Positions 1-7,631 of a stretch of 58,457 nucleotides of DNA are shown in pieces (within the stretch, counting starts at the first letter, position 1; each line of letters opens with the position of its first letter). This DNA is from an uncultured Dehalococcoidaceae bacterium (GTDB lineage: Bacteria; Chloroflexota; Dehalococcoidia; UBA2979): NCBI GenBank assembly GCA_964414675.1, contig CAYPYF010000007.1:1-58457 (forward strand). Direction: 5' to 3'. The translations under genes and the position numbers were made by a program. A model generated the notes under the pieces. The model saw nothing but the letters and a program-made list of their open reading frames with translations, made no database searches and was not told where the DNA came from.

Positions 1-2
1 CC

Positions 3-449
3 GAATCGTACGAGTGGGTGGTGATCGACACCCCGGGCACGATGAATGAGGTGGTCGCCGCGTCCCTGAACGAAGCGGCGATCGTCCTGCTGGTGTCGTC
101 ACTCGACGTCTCGAGCATCAAGGACACCAAGACGGCACTGCGGATCCTCGAGTCATGGGCGGTGGCGCCGGAACGCGTGCGCCTGGTGGTCAACGACATC
201 ACGCGTGCGGCAGCGGTGACGCCGGAGGACGTCGAACGCGCGACCGGCAAGGACATCACCTCGCTGATCGCGCACGACGGCCACGTGGGACTGTCCGTGC
301 AGACGGGCATCCCGATCGTGCAGTCGAATCCACGCAGCCGCTTCGCACGGGAGTTGCTCGGGCTGTCCGAGTCCATCGCCGGCCTGACCGAGGACCGCTC
401 CCGCCGCTTCTCGTTCGCCAGCCTGCCGCTTGTGGGACGGAGCTCGTAA
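3..449 (+). CDS. cpaE: CpaE/TadZ pilus assembly protein, C-terminal part (5'-truncated by window)
   Basis: Frame is open from nt 3 (ESYEWVVIDTPG). Closely matches the C-terminus of the full CpaE at 23050..24255 (VIDTPG.MNE.VAASLNEAA...LDVSSIKDTKTALRILESW). TAATG overlap with cpaF. Confidence 0.9.
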   Translation, partial: ESYEWVVIDTPGTMNEVVAASLNEAAIVLLVSSLDVSSIKDTKTALRILESWAVAPERVRLVVNDITRAAAVTPEDVERATGKDITSLIAHDGHVGLSVQTGIPIVQSNPRSRFARELLGLSESIAGLTEDRSRRFSFASLPLVGRSS

Positions 450-1771
450 TGGTCACAGTCGGATCCGACCTGGTGCGCACCCCGCTGCGGAGCGTAGAGC
501 CCTCGAACGAAGCGCTCATCGAGCGGGTGCACGAGCGACTGGTGGAGGACCTCAACGTCCGCGCGATGGACGCGCTGCCGGACTCGCAGCGCCGGGCGCA
601 GGTGGAGGCGGCGACGGGACGCATCCTGGGTGAGGTGGCGCCGGGCCTCCAGGGCATCGCCCGCCAGGAAGTCCTCACGGACGTGGTGGACGAAGTGCTC
701 GGCTTCGGCCCGATCCAGTCGCTGCTGAACGACCCGGACGTGACCGAGATCATGGTCAACGGCCCGTCCGAGATCTTCTACGAGCGCGAAGGCCTCCTCT
801 ACGCCAGTGGGGTGCGGTTCCGCGGGCCTGACCACGTCCGGCGCATCGCCGAGCGGATCGTAGCCCCCCTCGGCCGGCGCCTCGACGAGAGCTCGCCGAT
901 GGTGGACGCGCGCCTGCCGGACGGCTCCCGCGTGAACATCGTCCTGCCCCCCATCGCCGTGCGGAGCACGACGATCAGCATCCGGAAGTTCCGCACGGAC
1001 CGCTTCGACGTGGACGACCTGGTACGGATCGGGACGATCACGCAGGAGGTCGCCGGGTTCCTTCGCGCCTGTGTCGTCTCCAAGGTGAACATCGTGATCT
1101 CGGGAGGGACGGGCTCCGGCAAGACCACGTTCCTGAACGCGCTGTCGGCCTTCATCCCGAAGCAGGAGCGCGTCGTCACGATCGAGGACCCGATGGAGAT
1201 CCGCCTCCGGCAGCCGCACGTCGTCTCGCTGGAGGCGCGCCCGGCCGGCGGCGAAGGCGGAGCCGATGTGACCCAGCGCGACCTCGTCCGGAACTCGCTC
1301 CGCATGCGCCCTGACCGCATCATCGTCGGCGAGGTCCGTTCGTCCGAAGCGTTCGACATGCTGCAGGCGATGAACACCGGCCACGAGGGTTCGATCACCA
1401 CGGTCCACGCGAACACACCTCGAGACGCGCTGTCCCGGATCGAGAACATGGTGATGATGGCCGGGTTCGACCTGCCCACCTCCGCGATCCGCCAGCAGAT
1501 GGCGTCCGCGCTGCACATGATCGTGCAGGTGAGCCGCATGATGGACGGCTCACGGCGCGTGACGCACATCACGGAAGTCGTCGGGCTGGAGGGGGACCTG
1601 GTCTCGATCCAGGACGTCTTCCGCTTCGCAGACCAGTCGCTGGATGCCGAGGGCCGCGTGACGGGACGCCTTGTCTCGACCGGGGTACGGCCACGCTTCT
1701 CCGAGCGGTTCCCCGCCTTCGGTATCTCTGAGCAGTGGGTCTCGCCCCCGACCGTCGGGCTGGCGATATGA
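449..1771 (+). CDS. cpaF: CpaF/TadA pilus assembly ATPase
   Basis: Walker A GGTGSGKTT, TIED, LRMRPDRIIVGEVR, MNTGHEGSITTVHAN. Start placed at ATG 449 (overlaps cpaE stop) rather than the ORF-track 155. Confidence 0.95.
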   Translation: MVTVGSDLVRTPLRSVEPSNEALIERVHERLVEDLNVRAMDALPDSQRRAQVEAATGRILGEVAPGLQGIARQEVLTDVVDEVLGFGPIQSLLNDPDVTEIMVNGPSEIFYEREGLLYASGVRFRGPDHVRRIAERIVAPLGRRLDESSPMVDARLPDGSRVNIVLPPIAVRSTTISIRKFRTDRFDVDDLVRIGTITQEVAGFLRACVVSKVNIVISGGTGSGKTTFLNALSAFIPKQERVVTIEDPMEIRLRQPHVVSLEARPAGGEGGADVTQRDLVRNSLRMRPDRIIVGEVRSSEAFDMLQAMNTGHEGSITTVHANTPRDALSRIENMVMMAGFDLPTSAIRQQMASALHMIVQVSRMMDGSRRVTHITEVVGLEGDLVSIQDVFRFADQSLDAEGRVTGRLVSTGVRPRFSERFPAFGISEQWVSPPTVGLAI

Positions 1772-2772
1772 GCACCTCGTTGGACCCGGTGCTATTGCAG
1801 TGGCTCATCGCGGGCGGCGCGGGGCTGATGGTGGCATCGATGGTCACCGCGCTCTCACGCGCATCCCAGCCGTCCCGCGCCCGGGTCCGTGGACGCCTCG
1901 AGTCGATCCAGGACGGCGCGACCTACACCGCACCATCCGATGTGGACCTCCTCCGTCCGCGGACGCGGATCCCACTGCTGCACCGCTTCGTGCAGAACGA
2001 GCAGTCCAGCTCCGAAGTCGAACGGATGCTGGAACGCGCCGGCCTGAGCATGCGCGTAAGCGAGTATGTCGGTCTGCGTTCGGTCATCGCGGGCGTCGGT
2101 GTGGTCTTCGGACTGATCCTGGGACTGGCGATGGGCGTGGGGCCGCTCGTAGCGATCGCCCTGATGGGGACAGCGGGGGTGCTCGCCGTACTGACACCCG
2201 GCTTCATCCTCCGGCGGCGCATCGCCGGTCGACGGGCACAGATCGAGCGCGAACTCGTCGAGATGTGCGACCTGATGGCGTCGATGCTGCAGTCCGGCTT
2301 CGGGTATCTGCAGGCGCTGCACTCAGTCTCCGAGCAGGTGGAGGAACCGCTGGCGAGCGAGCTGGTGCGGATGCGCGACCAGATCCGGCTCGGCGCCGGA
2401 GTAGACGAGGCGCTCATCCAGGCGAACGAACGGCTGGGCAGCCCGGACTTCGACATGGTGGCGACGGCGATCCTCATTCAGCGCACGAGCGGCGGCTCCC
2501 TCGCCCCGATCCTCGCCGGTGTGGCGAAGACGATCCGCGACCGGCACCTCTTCCGTGCGGAGATCAAGGCGCTCACCTCGCGCGAGCGGTACTCCGCGGT
2601 GATCCTCGCGAGCTTCCCGCTGCTCCTCACGGCGGCCCTCACGGCAATGCTCCCCGACACGTTCGGACTGCTCTTCACGGATCCCACGGGCCGCATCGTC
2701 CTGGCGATCGCGATGGTGTCGGACGCGCTGGGGTACTGGTTCATCAAGCGCGTCACGAAGCTGGAGGCGTGA
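1768..2772 (+). CDS. tadB: TadB type II secretion F-family membrane protein
   Basis: N-terminal TM helix and T2SSF core (LASELVRM..IRLG, ILIQRTSGGSLAPIL, EIKALTS). ATGA overlap with cpaF stop. Confidence 0.92.
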   Translation: MSTSLDPVLLQWLIAGGAGLMVASMVTALSRASQPSRARVRGRLESIQDGATYTAPSDVDLLRPRTRIPLLHRFVQNEQSSSEVERMLERAGLSMRVSEYVGLRSVIAGVGVVFGLILGLAMGVGPLVAIALMGTAGVLAVLTPGFILRRRIAGRRAQIERELVEMCDLMASMLQSGFGYLQALHSVSEQVEEPLASELVRMRDQIRLGAGVDEALIQANERLGSPDFDMVATAILIQRTSGGSLAPILAGVAKTIRDRHLFRAEIKALTSRERYSAVILASFPLLLTAALTAMLPDTFGLLFTDPTGRIVLAIAMVSDALGYWFIKRVTKLEA

Positions 2773-2773
2773 G

Positions 2774-3676
2774 GTGGAGCCACCGATCCTCGCGGGGATG
2801 GCCGGCCTGACCGTCGCGCTCTTCACCGCCGGCGCGATGCGACGTAGTCCGGCCCCCATGATCCGACGGCGCGTGCAGGACCTCGAAGACGTCGAGGTCT
2901 CCCCGGAGCAGCGATCGTTCATGGAGCGGGTCATCGGCCCGATGCTCGGCGCGATGTGGGCGTGGTCATCCTCGGTGATGCCGGGCACGTCCGAGGCGAA
3001 ACTGGGTCACCGGCTGGAGGCCGCGGGGGTCGCAATCCCCGTCGCGCGGTTCATCGCGGCGTGGGCGGGCTTCGGCGTCCTCCTCCCGTCCATGGTCATC
3101 CTCGTCGCCATCGCCCTGCGAGCGCCCGGGTTGAGCGTGATCGCCACCCTGATGGTGGCGTGGATCGGTGTGGGGATCGCCGCACCGGGTTACCTGCTCG
3201 GCAAGATGACCAGGAAACGGATCGACGTCATCGAGCGGTCTCTCTCGGACGCGATGGACCTCATCGTCACGAACGTGGAGGCGGGCGTCGGACTGCAGGC
3301 GGCGCTGATCAACGTCTCCGAGAAGCTGGACGGGCCGCTGACCGAGGAACTGGCGCGGTCGATCCGGGAGATCAGCCTGGGGCGACCTCGCGACGAGGTC
3401 ATGGAGGCGATGGCGCGACGCACGGGCTCGCGTGAGATGGCGCTGTTCACGCGCGCCATCGCGCAGGCCGAGCGGAACGGCGTCCCCATCGCGCGGGTGC
3501 TTCGCGCACAGTCGGCCGAGCTCCGCGAGCGTCGACGCCAGGCGGCGCGCGAGCGCGCCAACACCTTCCCGCTGCGGATCACGCTGCTGACGGTGATCTT
3601 CATCTTCCCCACGCTCTTCCTGCTCATCCTGGGACCGGTGGCGTTGAATGTCCTCGACTTCTTCGCGAACCGCTGA
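2774..3676 (+). CDS. tadC: TadC type II secretion F-family membrane protein
   Basis: DAMDLIVTNVEAGVGLQAAL, AIAQAERNG.PIARVLR.QS.ELR.RR, C-terminal IFPTLFLLILGP. Confidence 0.92.
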   Translation: MEPPILAGMAGLTVALFTAGAMRRSPAPMIRRRVQDLEDVEVSPEQRSFMERVIGPMLGAMWAWSSSVMPGTSEAKLGHRLEAAGVAIPVARFIAAWAGFGVLLPSMVILVAIALRAPGLSVIATLMVAWIGVGIAAPGYLLGKMTRKRIDVIERSLSDAMDLIVTNVEAGVGLQAALINVSEKLDGPLTEELARSIREISLGRPRDEVMEAMARRTGSREMALFTRAIAQAERNGVPIARVLRAQSAELRERRRQAARERANTFPLRITLLTVIFIFPTLFLLILGPVALNVLDFFANR

Positions 3677-3680
3677 TCCG

Positions 3681-4043
3681 ATGAACGCACCCTGCGCGAG
3701 CCTGCTCGGGCCGCGTGTGTCCGTGCGCGCCGCCGACCGCTGGTGGCTGCGGATGCGCGGCCTGATCGGACGCGCGGCGCCGGGCGCGGGCGAAGGGATG
3801 CTGTTCCCCGGTTGCACTTCCGTGCACACGTGGCTGATGTCGTACCCAATCGACGTCGTGTACCTGGACGATCATGCGACGGTCACACGCGTGCGTTCCT
3901 CCGTACGGCCGTGGCGGTTCAGCCGAGGCGGGCGAGGTGCTCGCCACGTGCTGGAGCTGGCCGAGGGTGAAGCCGGCCGTCTCCACCTCCAGCCGGGTGT
4001 GAACGTAGAACTCGTCCCGCATATGACCGGGGGGACTTCGTGA
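3681..4043 (+). CDS. DUF192 family protein
   Basis: RMRGLIGR...GEGMLFPGCTSVHTWLMSYPIDVVYLD...VLELAEG pattern typical of DUF192. Confidence 0.85.
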   Translation: MNAPCASLLGPRVSVRAADRWWLRMRGLIGRAAPGAGEGMLFPGCTSVHTWLMSYPIDVVYLDDHATVTRVRSSVRPWRFSRGGRGARHVLELAEGEAGRLHLQPGVNVELVPHMTGGTS

Positions 4044-4564
4044 GGGCCTCCTTGCGGTGGGACGCGCCGGTCGGGGGCGCCGCGTCGGTCATCGCGGGCG
4101 CTACCACCGGTGGGCTCGTGGCCCAGTCGTACGCGGGCGCCACCTTCGGCTGCAGCGTCGCGCTCCTCGCGATCGCGGTGGTCGTGGACCTCCGGGAACG
4201 CCGGATCCCCAACACCGTTACCTACCCGGCCGTGATGGCCGCCTTGCTGCTCGCTGCGTTGCAGGGACCAGCCGCACTCGGTTCCTCCCTCGGGGGGCTC
4301 GCGGCCGCCGGTGGGATCCTCGCGGGATTGTCGGTCCTCTCCCGGGGCGGCCTGGGGGCGGGTGACGTGAAGGCCGGCGCCGCCGTCGGTGCGCTGGTGG
4401 GGCCGTCGGCTGCGTTGCAGTTCGTGGTGGCGACCAGCGCAGCCGGCGCTGCCCTCGCCGTGGTCTGGCTGGTTGCAGGACATCGTCGTCAGGACACACT
4501 GCCCTACGCCCCGGCGCTTGCCGCGGGCGCGTTGATCGTCGCGCTCACCGCTCAGGTCGCGTGA
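4040..4564 (+). CDS. Prepilin peptidase (A24A, short TadV/CpaA type)
   Basis: Both catalytic Asp motifs present (VDLRERRIPN, GAGDVK), multiple TM helices, LPYAPAL tail. Confidence 0.88.
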   Translation: MRASLRWDAPVGGAASVIAGATTGGLVAQSYAGATFGCSVALLAIAVVVDLRERRIPNTVTYPAVMAALLLAALQGPAALGSSLGGLAAAGGILAGLSVLSRGGLGAGDVKAGAAVGALVGPSAALQFVVATSAAGAALAVVWLVAGHRRQDTLPYAPALAAGALIVALTAQVA

Positions 4565-4582
4565 GCTGAGGAGGACTCCGTC

Positions 4583-5890
4583 ATGCTGAAGAGACGCATG
4601 CACACGTTCGCCCGCGTCGGGTCACGGGTCCATCGCGACGAGCGAGGGCAGGCGCTGCCCCTCCTGGTCGCCGCCATGATGGTCTTCGTGGTGATGGGCG
4701 TGATCGTCATCGACTTCGGCCAGATGTTCGCGGACCGGCGCGAAGCACAGCGCGCCGTGGACCTCGCAGCACTGGCCGGAGCGCAAGACCTCCCATGGGA
4801 GGCGGACGACCCCAACGCACTGGCCAAGCTCCTCGCGGCACGCGCAAGCGCAGAGGGGTTCCTGGACACGAACGGCTACCCCGCCGTCGCGTCAGACGTC
4901 GAGGTGATCGTCACGACCGAGTATGGCAGCGACCCTCGCGCGATCGAGGTGGAGGCGCGACGGCCCAGCATCTGGCGCTTCGGGACGCTGTTTGGCGTCG
5001 GGCAGCCCTCGGTCGGTGCGCGCGCCGTGGCGCAGCTGCGGACCCTGCCGACCGAGTACGGGATCATGGCGCTGAGCCACGCGGCCTGCCAGGCGTTCCA
5101 GGTGGAAGGAAACGTCACCCTAGAGGTCATCGACGCAGGCATCCTGGTGAACTCGAGCTGTCCCAACTACGCCATCGACATCGTCGGCAACGTCATCGTC
5201 GAGAGCGCACAGTTCGACCGCTACTACGAGGGCTCGACGTGGATCACCTCGAACACGACCGTGGACCCGATGCCGCAGTCGCTCGGGTGGCGTGTCGACG
5301 ACCCGCTCTCATACCTGCTCGAGCCCGACCCGTTGACGCTCCCGACGTCACCCGATTCCGGGGGGACGTCCGCGAGCCCCGCGCTCAGGAGCCTCGGCGG
5401 TGGAGGGAGCCAGACCCTGCGGCCGGGCGTCTACTGGGGCGGCCTGTCGATCGCGGGCAACAAGGATGTGGTCTTCGAGTCCGGGCTGTACGTGATGGCC
5501 GGCGGCGGATTCACGATCCGCGGAAACGGCGACATCACCGGCGACGGGGTCACGATCTTCAATACGACCCGTGGAGGCTCCTGCGGCGCGATCGACCTCG
5601 CTGGCGGTCGGCCCCTCGGGTTCTCGCCGCAGTTGTCGGGGCCATACGAGAGCCTGACGTTCTGGCAGTCCGTGGGCTGCACCAGGACCATGGTTCACGG
5701 CGGCACCGTGGACTCCCTCAGCGGACTCATCTATCTCCCCACCGCGGCGTACGAGCTGGCGGGCGACGGCACGATGTCGGGCGTCCAGGTCATCGCCTCG
5801 ACGGTCCGGGTGAGCGGCAACGGCATCGTCACGATCGACTACGAGAACGGCGCCGTCGCCGAGGTCTGGACCGTGATGCTGGTGGAATGA
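4583..5890 (+). CDS. TadG-like pseudopilin/tip protein with large Gly-rich beta domain
   Basis: ERGQALPL + hydrophobic helix, IDFG, AQRAVDLAALAGA Tad N-terminal motif, GGAG RBS. Confidence 0.85.
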   Translation: MLKRRMHTFARVGSRVHRDERGQALPLLVAAMMVFVVMGVIVIDFGQMFADRREAQRAVDLAALAGAQDLPWEADDPNALAKLLAARASAEGFLDTNGYPAVASDVEVIVTTEYGSDPRAIEVEARRPSIWRFGTLFGVGQPSVGARAVAQLRTLPTEYGIMALSHAACQAFQVEGNVTLEVIDAGILVNSSCPNYAIDIVGNVIVESAQFDRYYEGSTWITSNTTVDPMPQSLGWRVDDPLSYLLEPDPLTLPTSPDSGGTSASPALRSLGGGGSQTLRPGVYWGGLSIAGNKDVVFESGLYVMAGGGFTIRGNGDITGDGVTIFNTTRGGSCGAIDLAGGRPLGFSPQLSGPYESLTFWQSVGCTRTMVHGGTVDSLSGLIYLPTAAYELAGDGTMSGVQVIASTVRVSGNGIVTIDYENGAVAEVWTVMLVE

Positions 5891-6010
5891 GTGAGCCCGC
5901 TGGACCTGTCGCACAGGGCCGGTGGAGTGGCGCGGCGTAACTGACCCACTCTTATGTTCTCTTTCGTTCGCCTGACGGGACGGCTCCTACGCTCACGACC
6001 TGGGGGATCC

Positions 6011-6175
6011 ATGCCTCGATGGCGTCAACGGCTCGTGAGCTACTTCGTCATGGTCTATCTGCTCCTGCAGGTGGCGTTCCCCGCCTGGGCGCTTCAGTAC
6101 GCTCACGAAGAGGAACAGTCGCCGCCGTTCTCGTGGCAGATGTTCGCGCGCGTCTTCGAGGACCGGGGTGAATAG
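6011..6175 (+). CDS. Small single-TM protein with FSWQMF motif (detached C-terminal helix of HTTM/VKGC-like proteins; SdpA/DUF5819-like)
   Basis: YLLLQVAFP...EEEQSPPFSWQMFAR. Start at ATG 6011 (GGGGG RBS-like) or 5954. Overlaps the next gene start. Confidence 0.6.
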   Translation: MPRWRQRLVSYFVMVYLLLQVAFPAWALQYAHEEEQSPPFSWQMFARVFEDRGE

Positions 6176-7271
6176 CCTCCTGTCTCGCGAGGCGAGCCCG
6201 CGACACCTGGCGGTGATACGCGTCGTCGTGGGTGTCATGGCAGCGGTGCGGGGCATCGGCTACCTGCCGATGGGCGAGGCGCCGTGGCTCCTGTTGCCAT
6301 GGATCGCGCTGTCAGTCCTCATCATCCTCGGGTGGTGGGCTCGTGCGGCCGCGGTGGCGATGCTCGGGCTCGCTCCGGTGCTGATGCTCGGGGCCGGCAT
6401 CTACAACAACCACTTCTACCTGCTCACCCTGATGGTGATGTTCGTCGCACTCCTCGACTGCGAGCGCCATTACGCGCTGCGGCCCCGAGGGGGCGGCCCC
6501 GTGCTGGCGTGGCCGCTCTTCCTGATGCAGGCCCAGGTCTCGATCATCTACACGTTCGCCGGGCTCGCGAAGATAAACGAGGAGTTCCTGACCGGCGTGG
6601 TCCTCCGCTACCACTTCACTGACGCGGAGATCCCGATCCCCGGGGTCTCCGCCATCGCGGTGCCACTCGCGATCACGACGGTCGCCCTCGAGCTTCTGAT
6701 GGGCTTCGGGATCTGGTCACGCAGGCTGCGGCCGCTCGTGATGGGCATCGCGCTCCCGCTTCACCTCGGGATGTTCGCGGTCGCCCCGACGCCGAACGAC
6801 GTGCTGGGCGTCGCCGTGTTCGCGGTGCTGATGTTCACCCTGCTCTCGGCGTTCCTGCGGCTTCCGGAGCGGGGCCGGCTGGTCGTCTGGGATGGCGACT
6901 GCTCTTCGTGCCGGCGCTGGATCGCCGCGTTCCAGCGCCTCGACCGGTACGGGGCGCTCCGCTTCGTCAGCTCGGGCGACCCGACGGCCTACGACGGGAC
7001 GGGCGTCACCCCCGCCGAGGCGGCGCGTGCCCTCCAGCTCATCGACCCGGACGGTCGAGTGCGCGGCGGCTTCGATGCCGTCGGCGGCGTCGTGGAGATC
7101 CTGCCTGGCGGGGTGCTGATCGCACCCTACTTCCGCCTGCCGGGCATCAGACAGGTGGGACGCCGCGCGTACGCGCGGGTCGCCGATCGGCGCGTGTGTC
7201 GCTATCAGCCTGTGCCGGCGGGAACGAGTGTGACGCAGCCTCGGAGGCCGGGTCCGACCTCCGAGGTATGA
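6168..7271 (+). CDS. HTTM (vitamin K-dependent carboxylase-like) membrane domain fused to a DCC1-like (DUF393) thiol-disulfide oxidoreductase
   Basis: NNHFYLL and QVSIIYTFAGLAKIN HTTM motifs. C-terminal VVWDGDCSSCRRW (DxxCxxC) ...GFDA...Y..VADRR is DCC1-like. Confidence 0.8.
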   Translation: MNSLLSREASPRHLAVIRVVVGVMAAVRGIGYLPMGEAPWLLLPWIALSVLIILGWWARAAAVAMLGLAPVLMLGAGIYNNHFYLLTLMVMFVALLDCERHYALRPRGGGPVLAWPLFLMQAQVSIIYTFAGLAKINEEFLTGVVLRYHFTDAEIPIPGVSAIAVPLAITTVALELLMGFGIWSRRLRPLVMGIALPLHLGMFAVAPTPNDVLGVAVFAVLMFTLLSAFLRLPERGRLVVWDGDCSSCRRWIAAFQRLDRYGALRFVSSGDPTAYDGTGVTPAEAARALQLIDPDGRVRGGFDAVGGVVEILPGGVLIAPYFRLPGIRQVGRRAYARVADRRVCRYQPVPAGTSVTQPRRPGPTSEV

Positions 7272-7289
7272 CTCAACATCGCGGTCGAG

Positions 7290-7395
7290 TCACGGCGCTA
7301 CCCGGTCGAGTCCGTAGCGGGGAACCGAGTTGTGGGGAGCGCCACTGCGGCGTCAAACGTACGGCGCGGACTAACCCCAGGTAATGCAGACCCAT
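7290..7395 (+). ncRNA. Possible shortened c-di-AMP (ydaO/yuaA)-like riboswitch
   Basis: GAGTCC, AGCGGGGAACC, TGGGG and CTAACCCCAGG occur in ydaO order, upstream of a secreted CAP protein. The P5-P7 consensus is missing. Confidence 0.4.
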
Positions 7396-7631
7396 CTGAA
7401 ACGTGTCAGGAATGATCGGAGCCACGGTCCGGAGCGCACGTGGGCTCTGACGTTCTATCAGGCCCGGGTGCCTCTGACCGGAGCAAATTGCTACGCCGAG
7501 AAAGACCGTGTGGCGGAATCACTGGCGATCCGGCCCGTCGCCTTCGAATCCCTCCCTTATGGCCTCTGATGAACCTCTGTTCGGTTCCTTGCGGAGCGCA
7601 GGCGATCCTCTCCGCAGTTGAGGAGGATCGG

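Noticed and set aside
155-448. ORF-track N-terminal extensions of cpaF (also for 7440, 16379, 21905, 27255, 28892, 51125 and 56951 starts)
   Set aside because: The extensions overlap neighbouring genes and lack family similarity. Downstream starts have RBSs or stop/start overlaps.
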